IMG/VR virus record: IMGVR_UViG_3300041964_000014
Span: 47,189 to 111,188 of that record
From: a virus
Length of the DNA stretch: 64,000 nt
Reading direction: 5' to 3' (one strand)
In this document: one piece after another, positions 53,514 through 62,873 of the stretch
How the letters are laid out: every line of letters begins with the position of its first letter
Position numbering within the stretch: position 1 is the stretch's first letter
Translations under genes and position numbers: made by a program
The notes under the pieces: generated by a model
Told to the model about the DNA's origin: nothing
Databases searched by the model: none
Seen by the model: only the letters and a program-made list of their open reading frames with translations

Positions 53514-53756
53514 ATGTCTGCAATAGAAAAGTTTTTCAATGGAAAGTCTGTTCGTGTAATAGTTAGAGAGGAAACTCCTTGGTTTATTGCACGAGATGTA
53601 TTTGAGATTTTGGGTATATCTTGGAATAGCTCTAGCAGTATAGATACCCTGTCAGATAGTATGAAGAGCAAAATAACTAAAAATGACGTAGAGTATGTTG
53701 ACCCCTCTCTGGGGGGGTCACGTCATTGTGTGTTGGAATGTATTAAGAGACTATAG
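53514..53756 (+). pseudogene. Truncated Bro-N domain protein
   Basis: FNGKSVRVIVREETPWFIARDVFEILG, then similarity is lost and the ORF stops at 80 aa. Confidence 0.65.
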
Positions 53757-53965
53757 GGGTATGGCTAAAAGCGCCAATCCCTTAAACAGTGTGTGATTGA
53801 TATTATAAAAACTTTCCACCCCCCCTTATTTATAATAATTTGATATTATTATTATTATACCTTTAGTAGGTGTATTATAATAGAAAATGAAACCCTTACA
53901 GTGTATAGGTTTTAGGTTATGTATTATTAATTACAAAATTAGATTATTGAAAAATAATAAAAGTT

Positions 53966-54859
53966 ATGAGAAGTATGATTAGAGATTATTCAGATATGCC
54001 CGTACTGCCTACTCAGTATGTAGCGGGAATGTTTCCCATAGGCAAAGTCAGCGCACTTATTGGCAATGGTGGAGTAGGGAAAAGCTTCACTCTTTTACTA
54101 GCCAGTATGTCGGTTACAAGTGGCTATACTTTCTTACCTAGAGAAGATTATCCGGTATGGGATGATAAAAAGGTAATGTTAATAGAAACAGAAAACAGAA
54201 GTAGAACGTTTTACGACAGATTAGTATTAGCAGGTGCCACTATAGAAAACTATTATGTACCTACTGATTGCCTGACCAATACAATATCCTTTTCTGATGA
54301 TAAGGATAAAGCATCTATTGAAGAAGAAATTCAAGATCCCGAAACTATAATGGTTTTAGTTGATTCTCTTGCAGGGTTTAATGGCGGCATAGATGAAAAT
54401 ACAATCGCCGCCTCTGCTTCTATTAAATGGTTAGGGAATCTAGCTCAGAAATATCATAAAGCCGTTGTTTTAACTCACTTTCTAAATAAAACAGAAGTTG
54501 CGGGTAAAATCAACACTGAAAATATGCGGGGGCATAGCAGTTGTCAGCAGTATATTGAATTAATTTGGGCAATAGATAAGGAAAAAGGATCTGAAAAAGT
54601 AAAGAGGCTATACCAAATTAAGAATAATGTATCGGAATTAGATGACACTATTTATAAATTCAAACTAACCAATGCCAGTGCTGAGTTTTTAAATGAACCA
54701 TCCGCATCTGAGCTTAAAGGTAAAGCTTTACGCATTAAGATTTATGAAGCTAATTTAGACAAATCTGATAAGGAAATAGCCGATTTAATTCATGCAACAG
54801 AACCTGATAGTATTATCTATAATTTGCTGGCTTGGGTTAAACGTCGTCGTAAAGGTTAG
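53966..54859 (+). CDS. Second RecA-family AAA_25 (RepA-like) ATPase/helicase
   Basis: GNGGVGKS, LIETE, VLVDSL, LTHFLNK, RGHS, IKNN. Confidence 0.8.
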   Translation: MRSMIRDYSDMPVLPTQYVAGMFPIGKVSALIGNGGVGKSFTLLLASMSVTSGYTFLPREDYPVWDDKKVMLIETENRSRTFYDRLVLAGATIENYYVPTDCLTNTISFSDDKDKASIEEEIQDPETIMVLVDSLAGFNGGIDENTIAASASIKWLGNLAQKYHKAVVLTHFLNKTEVAGKINTENMRGHSSCQQYIELIWAIDKEKGSEKVKRLYQIKNNVSELDDTIYKFKLTNASAEFLNEPSASELKGKALRIKIYEANLDKSDKEIADLIHATEPDSIIYNLLAWVKRRRKG

Positions 54860-55068
54860 TAAGTGAGTTGGATTATGACAGACCAAGACAAGTTACCTCT
54901 TCAGACTTATGTAGAAGCGTGGTGTCAAAAGTCAGGCTACACTGATCCGGAATTTAAAGACGGCAGTTGGTACGCGTATCCTCCTGGAAATGCTGTTATG
55001 AAAGTAAAACTCGAATGGTACGAGACAATGAAGGCTCAGTATATCTCACGTCCTCCGGAGAATAACGC

Positions 55069-55551
55069 ATGAACATTAATATCATCGCGGCAGTTGCTTT
55101 AAATGGAGTAATTGGTAATCAAGGCAGGTTACCTTGGAGTAGAATAAGTACTGATTTACAACACTTTTTTAATACTACAGTTAACCACACTGTAATAATG
55201 GGAGCTACTACGTTCTTAGACGATTTAAAAGGTAGGTCTTTGTACGACCGTCAAAATATTGTGCTAACTAAACAGCGGAATGATATACTATCTCATTACA
55301 TTAATGTTGAGGTAGCTAACAGCGTTGATAAAGCACTTGCTTTAGCAGTAAATAATGAGGTATTTATTATAGGGGGTGCTAAAGTGTATGAGGCTTTTTT
55401 ACCGCTAGCTAATACTATGTATATTACTCACATTTTTAATACGTATACTGGGGATACTTATTTTCCTAGTATTGATTGGGGGAAATACCGAGTAGATAGT
55501 GTATTGCATAAAGACGATACAATACTAATAAATAAGTATTGTAAAAAGTAG
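55069..55551 (+). CDS. folA: Dihydrofolate reductase
   Basis: IAAVALNGVIGNQGRLPW...DLQHF...VIMGATT...RQNIVLT...FIIGGAKVY...GDTYFP. Confidence 0.93.
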   Translation: MNINIIAAVALNGVIGNQGRLPWSRISTDLQHFFNTTVNHTVIMGATTFLDDLKGRSLYDRQNIVLTKQRNDILSHYINVEVANSVDKALALAVNNEVFIIGGAKVYEAFLPLANTMYITHIFNTYTGDTYFPSIDWGKYRVDSVLHKDDTILINKYCKK

Positions 55552-55552
55552 T

Positions 55553-56014
55553 ATGTTATTAGCAATTGATCCGGGATACAAAAACATGGGTTACTGTGTA
55601 GGACATTTAGATACACTAAATGTGACTACTAGTGGCACTATCGTTACACGCAATAAAACATTCCCGGATCAGTTGTTAGAACTGTATACAAATTTAAGTA
55701 CCTTAATTAACACGCATAAAATAACTACTTTAGTATATGAAAAGCCTACATATGCTGTAGGTCACGATACAGGTAATAAAGTACAACAAGCAATAGGGAT
55801 ACTACTGTGTGTTAGTGCTTATCACGATATTAGGAGTATTACTACATACACTCCTAGTGAGATTAAGAAGCTACTAACTAAAGATGGTAAAGCTGATAAG
55901 TATGCTATTCAATTAGCTGTACTAAATCAATTACCAAATATACAGTTTAAGACGCATCATGAAAGTGATGCCATTGGGATGTATATTTGTTATGTTAATT
56001 CTATTTTTAAATAA
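55553..56014 (+). CDS. ruvC: Holliday junction resolvase
   Basis: LAIDPG, VYEKP, YTPSEIKK...G.ADK, HESDAIG. Confidence 0.88.
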   Translation: MLLAIDPGYKNMGYCVGHLDTLNVTTSGTIVTRNKTFPDQLLELYTNLSTLINTHKITTLVYEKPTYAVGHDTGNKVQQAIGILLCVSAYHDIRSITTYTPSEIKKLLTKDGKADKYAIQLAVLNQLPNIQFKTHHESDAIGMYICYVNSIFK

Positions 56015-56989
56015 CACAGGTAACAGTGTCGGTAAAATCCATTTAGAGAATGCTTTTTACCGCTCAGGAGATTATATTATTAATAACAAAGTCATTCAAG
56101 CACATTGTTATGGAGATATTCATAATCTGATACTGTATACTACCAACGATGTTGAGGTGCGATTACTCGATCAACAAACGAATTTGCTCGTATCCGCGCA
56201 TCCCACACCGTTATCTCACTTCTATTTTCGGTCAGGCGACTTGAGACTTTTTCCAATTGAATCACTGAAAATACCGATATACAGCAAAGACCATTACCAG
56301 GAGTATTGGGAACCGGAAACAGACTTACTAGAACTATAAGGAAAGTATGACCACACCTACTAACTTTAGCGCTGCCCTAAACAATTCGGATGTACCTGTC
56401 ACTGAGTTAATTAGCTGGCTAAAAAGTGCTAATGTTCCTCTTTATGCCACGTTAACTTTTAAAGAGGTGGAACAGTTACATCATTATGCACTTATACCAG
56501 AAGAACGTCGTTCTAAAATAGTTTATCAGACTATCCGACAACTTAATGAGACTAACTATATAGGTGTAACTACTCAAGGTATTGTTAAGAGAGCATTTTT
56601 TGAAGGCTAATGTCCGAAACAAATAGTGAGCTTATTGCTGCGTTGAGTTTTCACACTCACGCAGCGTTTCTTGCGGGAAAAATTCCACGAGAGTATCCGA
56701 TATTCGATAAAAATGGAACTAGATACTTAGATATTGCTGATGCTTATACTAAGTACTACAAACAATTGTTTTCTTACGATAGAAGATCTTTAGTAGTAAA
56801 ACTAATAACTAAGAAGTTTACTTTATATCCGCACTTAGTTATGGAGATTACTACATATGGCGGTACTAAGTGTATTAGTAGCAATACTATTACTGAGGCA
56901 CTACCAGAAATTAATGTTAATAGTGCCCGTCGTTTAATTGTACAAGCATATAACGATGTAGTAGTTCAACCTCCCCATTTATTTGTGTT

Positions 56990-57850
56990 ATGAGGAACTT
57001 TATAGTTAGGAAAATAGGACAAGTAGATTTACTCGAATCTCAATCAATACGTTGTGTAAAAGTACATCGTCCTTTTACATTAGGTAATCCGTTTCAATTG
57101 AGAGAAGAAGCAAGTCGTGATAAAGTAATTCAGGCTTATCGTAAGTGGTTGTGGGATAATCTACATACTATTGACAACAAGTATATATCTCCCGTAGCGG
57201 AGGGAGTACAATCTATATATCACGGTAACTTATCGAATCCCAGCGCAATTAAACGAGTTATTTTAGATATTTTATTAAGACATAGAGAAGATCGTACTAA
57301 ACCTATAGCCTTAATTTGTTATTGTCATCCTAAACCATGCCATGCAGATTCAATAGCCCAGTGTTTAGAGTGGTTAGCCATTCCTACGCTAGAGGTAATT
57401 ATTTCGGGAGGTCAGACGGGAGCCGATGAAGCTGGTTTAAGAGCAGCTAGAGATATCGGAATACCGACGGGAGGTACAGCTCCCAAAAATTATCGTATTT
57501 GTTTGCCAGATGGTAGTGATGGTACAAATCCCGATTTGGCTAACTACAGTCTAGTCGAATCGCATAGCTATTCATACAAGCCGCGTACTATTAAGAATGT
57601 AAAAGATTCAGATGGCACAGTGTGGTTTGGTTTTTCGGATTCTCCTGGGGGTATTCTAACTATAAAGACTTGTAAAGAAAATAATAAGCCTTACATTTTA
57701 AATCCAACTAGTTTGGATTTATTCTTCTGGGTTAAGACACGTAAAATTAAAGTGCTTAATGTAGCAGGTAATAGATTGTCGAATCTTAATCCCACTATTG
57801 CCGATACTACATATAAGTGCATTAAACACGCTTTCCAATACTGTAGGTAA
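56990..57850 (+). CDS. DUF4326 fused to SLOG (molybdenum-carrier/YpsA-like) domain
   Basis: RPFTLGNPF...LICYCHPKPCHAD; IISGGQTGADEAGL...RTIKNVKDSDGT...LNVAGNR. Confidence 0.8.
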   Translation: MRNFIVRKIGQVDLLESQSIRCVKVHRPFTLGNPFQLREEASRDKVIQAYRKWLWDNLHTIDNKYISPVAEGVQSIYHGNLSNPSAIKRVILDILLRHREDRTKPIALICYCHPKPCHADSIAQCLEWLAIPTLEVIISGGQTGADEAGLRAARDIGIPTGGTAPKNYRICLPDGSDGTNPDLANYSLVESHSYSYKPRTIKNVKDSDGTVWFGFSDSPGGILTIKTCKENNKPYILNPTSLDLFFWVKTRKIKVLNVAGNRLSNLNPTIADTTYKCIKHAFQYCR

Positions 57851-57856
57851 TATACT

Positions 57857-58060
57857 ATGGAAATTGAATATATTAGTGCAGGTACTTTAAACGAACTAGA
57901 AAAGAAGATAAACACATACTTATCTATGGGATATAGATTACATGGAACACTAATTTATACTCCAGATTTATATAGTAAGTACGTACAAACAGTAATTAAG
58001 CCACCTAAAGAACTTAAACGAGTATCCCTAGATTATCCTGTACTAAATAAAGGTCAATAA
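57857..58060 (+). CDS. DUF1737-like small protein
   Basis: ELEKKINTYLSMGYRLHG...YVQTVIK. Confidence 0.55.
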   Translation: MEIEYISAGTLNELEKKINTYLSMGYRLHGTLIYTPDLYSKYVQTVIKPPKELKRVSLDYPVLNKGQ

Positions 58061-58429
58061 TATGGAAGAGATAAATACAGCGATACAAAGTTTATTAGAT
58101 AGTGATAATCCCGAAACCGAGGAATACTATGTACTTAAAGAGGACAACTTCTTTGTTACTCTGATAGCTAATCGAGATTTCGATGCTAGTACAGGTATCA
58201 ATATCTTACATGAATACAATGACGATATTATTCGGATAGGCATAATACTTATGCGTAACCCCTTAAGCTGGATAGCGAGTAAAAGGTTCCTACAATATCC
58301 AGCTTGTATTACTGACACTATGGTTATAGTATTCTTACCCAACAAAGAAAAAGAGCCGGACCAAGTCAGACTCTTTTCTAAACTGTTTAGTAAGTTTGGC
58401 TTAGTTGGAACTTTCTGTGAAATAGCCAA

Positions 58430-58990
58430 CTAGCAAGCAGTAACTAATCGCCCCCAACCTCCTTCTCCGGGGGCATCAAAGTACACTTTATTCAGCAGTC
58501 CCCACGAATAAAAGTCATAGCTGCCGCCTACACCTACTGCATAAATGTCAGCAGAGCCGTCTCTAGTACCGTATGGATCGTGGATTAGAAAACCATCATC
58601 GGTATAGCCAACAATAAGAACAATATGTCCACTGCTTTTGTATATCACACCAGCTGGCACAGGATATTTGTTATCTATTTGGCTTATTATTTCGGACTTC
58701 GAGAGCTGCGTACACCACCGAGATTCAATACGAAACTCGTGTCTCAAACACTGAGTATGGGCGTTGTGGTCAGTGGTATCGCCATATTTATATAGCTTAC
58801 TACCGTAGTAAGATTCGGGTTCATCAAAACCGTTAGCTACACTACGCTTAACAAATTCTGGTTGCAAGTAAGCCACCATCATTGCGTGGGCAGTTAAGTT
58901 ACATTGACGATAACCAGTACCAAAGTAGTCGGTATTATTATCTACTTGATAGTAATAAGGTACGGATAATTTAACAGTAGTCATAAACAC
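58430..58990 (-). CDS. Peptidase C39-like protein
   Basis: LSVPYYYQVDN...QCNLTA.AM...GHIVLIVGY...IHDPYG (Cys-His-Asp triad). Confidence 0.85.
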   Translation of the reverse strand: MFMTTVKLSVPYYYQVDNNTDYFGTGYRQCNLTAHAMMVAYLQPEFVKRSVANGFDEPESYYGSKLYKYGDTTDHNAHTQCLRHEFRIESRWCTQLSKSEIISQIDNKYPVPAGVIYKSSGHIVLIVGYTDDGFLIHDPYGTRDGSADIYAVGVGGSYDFYSWGLLNKVYFDAPGEGGWGRLVTAC

Positions 58991-59001
58991 AGTAATATAG
59001 T

Positions 59002-59460
59002 ATGTTAACCATTTTACCTAACAGTATTAATATATTCGATTATCCTAGTGATGCAATAGTAATACCTGTTAATTTAATAGGAGTAGCTGGAGCGGGATTA
59101 GCTAAACAGTGTAAGGAAAGACATCCAGATTGGTATGCTCAATATAATGCCGATTGTCATCAGTATTTAACTATAGGATCAATTACTACTTATTATTTAG
59201 TGGAAAGAGATCAATATATTATTAACTTTCCCACTAAGACTCATTATAAATACGATAGTGAACTAACTTATATTGAAAAAGGATTAGTATCTTTAGTGGA
59301 ATGGATTCTGGACAAAGATATTAAAGAGTCTGTGCAAAGACTCACTTTACCAGCTCTTGGTTGTGGATGTGGGAAGTTACAGTTCAAGGATGTCCGAAAT
59401 ATAATAGAGCGACACTTATGTAATCTCGATATTGATGTGTTTTTAATTTCACCACGATAA
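59002..59460 (+). CDS. Macrodomain (ADP-ribose hydrolase, DarG/TARG1-like)
   Basis: AIVIPVNLIGVAGAGLAKQ...IINFPTK.H...LPALGCGCGKL. Confidence 0.88.
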   Translation: MLTILPNSINIFDYPSDAIVIPVNLIGVAGAGLAKQCKERHPDWYAQYNADCHQYLTIGSITTYYLVERDQYIINFPTKTHYKYDSELTYIEKGLVSLVEWILDKDIKESVQRLTLPALGCGCGKLQFKDVRNIIERHLCNLDIDVFLISPR

Positions 59461-59464
59461 TAAA

Positions 59465-60022
59465 ATGGCAACTAGATATTTGATGGTATTAGATGTTGAA
59501 TCTAATGGTTTGTATGGAGAAGGTTTTGCTGTAGCTACCGTAATATTTGATCGTAGTACTGGCGAAATTATAAAAAGACATCTTATAACTTGCCCGTATA
59601 CTACAGCAACACTAGGAGCAACTACTAAATCAAATTACGAATGGGTTGAAGTAAATGTATTACCTTATATGCCCCGTGCCAACATAAGTACTACTTGTCC
59701 TAAAGAGATGCGAGATGTTTGGTATAGCTACTACCAGCTATACACTTCTAGATACAGTAACGATATATCGATATGGGGTGATTGTATATATCCTGTTGAA
59801 GCTAACTTTTTACGGCAAGTAACTTTGGATCAAATGTGGGAAAGAGAATGGAAAATGCCGTATCCTATACACGAAATCGCTACCGTAAGAATGCTGGCGG
59901 GGCTTCATCCTACGGCTAGTTACAATTTACCTACAAATGAACAGCATAATCCCGTAGCTGAATGTAGCTATATTGTGCATCAACTGGACAAATGGTTAAC
60001 ACAAATAAATTGGGAAGCTTAA
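59465..60022 (+). CDS. DEDD-family 3'-5' exonuclease-like protein
   Basis: VLDVESNGL...WV..NVLP...HNPVAE. Confidence 0.65.
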   Translation: MATRYLMVLDVESNGLYGEGFAVATVIFDRSTGEIIKRHLITCPYTTATLGATTKSNYEWVEVNVLPYMPRANISTTCPKEMRDVWYSYYQLYTSRYSNDISIWGDCIYPVEANFLRQVTLDQMWEREWKMPYPIHEIATVRMLAGLHPTASYNLPTNEQHNPVAECSYIVHQLDKWLTQINWEA

Positions 60023-60023
60023 T

Positions 60024-60311
60024 ATGCCAACAGCAATACCTGAAATAGTTATACCCAATGTTTTCGTAGTTCCAACTACGGAGTATGGGTGGAATGTTAT
60101 ATTGTGGAATGACAACACTGTATCGGCTGAAGTAGTTATTGAGGCGTTACAAACAGAGTTGGGTTATGACGAGATTAAAGCTGGAGCGATTATGTGGGAA
60201 GCTCACACAGACAATAAAGCGAGTGTAATAGTTACTCACAAAACGTTGGCAGAACACTATCGAGAACGGTTGCAATCATATGGTTTAACAATTACAATCG
60301 AAAAAGTTTGA
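60024..60311 (+). CDS. clpS: ClpS N-degron adaptor
   Basis: WNVILWNDN.....VI..L......A..IMWEAH...A.V......AEHY...L...GLTITIE. Confidence 0.85.
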   Translation: MPTAIPEIVIPNVFVVPTTEYGWNVILWNDNTVSAEVVIEALQTELGYDEIKAGAIMWEAHTDNKASVIVTHKTLAEHYRERLQSYGLTITIEKV

Positions 60312-60788
60312 CTATTGATTACAGTTGCTTAGTATCAGATAAGGGACATACAATGCCTAATTTCAAAGGACCACAAGCTGCTCAACTTCAGGCTCAATAC
60401 AACGAAGCTAAGAATAATCTGTCTAAAGCTGAAACTGAATTAAACCGTTTGCAAGCCTTACACGCAACTTACTGCGCTGAAACTGGGAGTAGTGGTAGTG
60501 TGGCACAACAACTTGAAAATGCATTCCGTCAGGTAGAGCGATACAAGAGTATTCTTGCTCAATACAGTCGATAATCGTTAAGTAGTTTATATGCCCCATC
60601 GATTAGGTGGGGCAACAAGTGTATGACTAAACAATCCGAATCGCCTTCTCGGATAACTTTATATAAATACGTGCTGGACAGAATATATTTCATAACCCCA
60701 CCTACTTCAGCGGGAGTCACACTTCTGTTGGAGAAAGGGTGGTCACGTAGCGAACAAGAAGCTTACAACAAATATTACGGAGTTACTG

Positions 60789-61766
60789 ATGCGTAAACTA
60801 GCTACCATTCGAGTAATTGGTGAAATCTGTCCTATCGAGAATGCCGATTCTTTGGAGTTAGCAATTATCTATGGATGGCAAGCAGTAGTTAGGAAAGGAG
60901 AATACAAGGCAGGAGATATTGTAGTTTATTGTGAAATAGATTCTCTACTGCCAGTTATTCCAGAGTATGAGTTCTTACGGAAGTCTTGTTATAAGCGGCT
61001 TTCCGATGGACGAGAAGGTTTTCTAATCAAGACTATTAAGTTACGAGGACAATTATCTCAAGGGTTAGTATTGCCTGTAACTGCTCCAATATTCCAAACG
61101 ATTCCACCTCTGGGAACTGATGTTACTAAACTACTTGGCATTACTCATTACGATTCTTTAGCAGAAGGTAGTTTCCCAAGCTGTGTGCCTAAAACAGATG
61201 AGGAGCGTATCCAGAATCTTGTTTATATGTATCCAGAGTTATTAAACAACGAGTTTGCAGTTACGGAAAAGCTCGATGGTACTAGCTTTACTTGTTATAA
61301 CTATCGAGGACATTTTGGAGTATGTAGTCGCACCACAGAGTTACCAGATACTCCCAACTGCATATACTGGAATATAGTCCGAAAATATAAGCTGCGAGAA
61401 GCTCTGGAAAATACTAATATCGCAGTACAAGGGGAAATAATCGGACCCGGAATACGCGGCAATAAGTATAATCTCAAAGAGAAAGAGCTGTACGTGTTTA
61501 ATACATATAGTATTGATGCACAAAAGTACTTTAGTCCGTTTCTATCTCCGTTCCTGGCACAAGAGTTAGAGCTTAATTACGTGCCGATTATTTCAGACAG
61601 TATGCTTTTACCGGAAAGTATTTTAGATATTCTAGATTTTGCAGAAGGAAAGAGTGTACTAAACTCTGAAATAGAAAGAGAAGGTTTAGTATTTGTTAGT
61701 AGGTATGGTAAACGGATATCGTTTAAAGCTATATCTAATAAGTATCTATTAAAGTATAGTAATTAA
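60789..61766 (+). CDS. RNA ligase, DRB0094/Rnl5 type (N-terminal OB domain)
   Basis: RKLATIR..I.PI.NAD.LE, KLRGQLSQGL, PKTDEERIQN, TEKLDGTS, QGEIIG, EGLV, FKAISNKYL. Confidence 0.9.
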   Translation: MRKLATIRVIGEICPIENADSLELAIIYGWQAVVRKGEYKAGDIVVYCEIDSLLPVIPEYEFLRKSCYKRLSDGREGFLIKTIKLRGQLSQGLVLPVTAPIFQTIPPLGTDVTKLLGITHYDSLAEGSFPSCVPKTDEERIQNLVYMYPELLNNEFAVTEKLDGTSFTCYNYRGHFGVCSRTTELPDTPNCIYWNIVRKYKLREALENTNIAVQGEIIGPGIRGNKYNLKEKELYVFNTYSIDAQKYFSPFLSPFLAQELELNYVPIISDSMLLPESILDILDFAEGKSVLNSEIEREGLVFVSRYGKRISFKAISNKYLLKYSN

Positions 61767-61990
61767 AACCAATAGTTTAAGTACCTTAGTATCTATACTA
61801 TTAAGGTACTTAAACAAAGTAATATATTAAGAGAAAATAAATTATGTTTTACGTATTTGTTTATAACAGTACTAAGTACTACACAACTGTAGATAACTAT
61901 AGTAAGTTATCTAATGCTATTAAAACACAGTTTAAAGATGTTAACAAACGTAGTTATGTTAGTAGTAGTTATACTGAGTGGAAATAACCC

Positions 61991-62221
61991 ATGCTACATA
62001 AACATTTTAAAGGTAAGTATTACTTAGTACTAGGTCGTATCACTAATGGCGATACTTGTGAAGAATGCATAGTGTACTTATCTTTGTATGATAAGCCTCG
62101 CTTATTTGTTCGGACTGTTGCTGACTTTTATGCATGGATAAATAAACCGGAATACAACTACATAGGTAGTAGATTTACTAAAGTAACATTTACTAGTTAT
62201 TTAAAACAGTTATTTAAGTAA
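61991..62221 (+). CDS. DUF1653 domain protein
   Basis: HFKGKYYLVL......TCEECIVYLSLY....FVR....F. Confidence 0.8.
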   Translation: MLHKHFKGKYYLVLGRITNGDTCEECIVYLSLYDKPRLFVRTVADFYAWINKPEYNYIGSRFTKVTFTSYLKQLFK

Positions 62222-62873
62222 TGCTAAATAGTAACAATTACACAGTTATAGAAGAAGTATGCGATTACGAAGAAAAAGATATTGCTTCTTATATAGCTTA
62301 TTGTAGTGATGGTTATATACGTCGATATGTAGTTACTTTTAACCCCACTAATATTGAGCATACTAAAGAGACGTTTATTTACGAGGAGTATAAGCCTAGT
62401 AATAACAGTAAACAATATGATATATTGCAACTACTACTAAATACACTAAGTAGTGCCCCGTTATAGTCTGTAGATTTACCTTATTAAATATATGTCTAAT
62501 TTAACTACCAAAGAAGTTATTGATAATTTGGATGACGTAGGATATATAGCTAACTACGTTTGGGATATTTATAATAAATACTTTCCTAATTTTCCTACTA
62601 GTAAAGGTATTATTAAATCCACCGCAGAAGATGGTGCATTATTTTGTTGGCTACGTATGGTAGATAACAGTGAGTATATCATTATGGTGCATAACGATAT
62701 ACCGTGTTTGTTACCAACTGATTATCCGTATGTGAAGTGGTAGTGCTTATTATTTCGGGCTATAAGGGTATTGACATTGGCAATACCCTCCCAATATCAA
62801 TCATTAGTAAATAACCCTAATCCTGCAATATGATTAGGGTTATACTTTAGTTAGTTGTGTAGTTATTAAAGAA

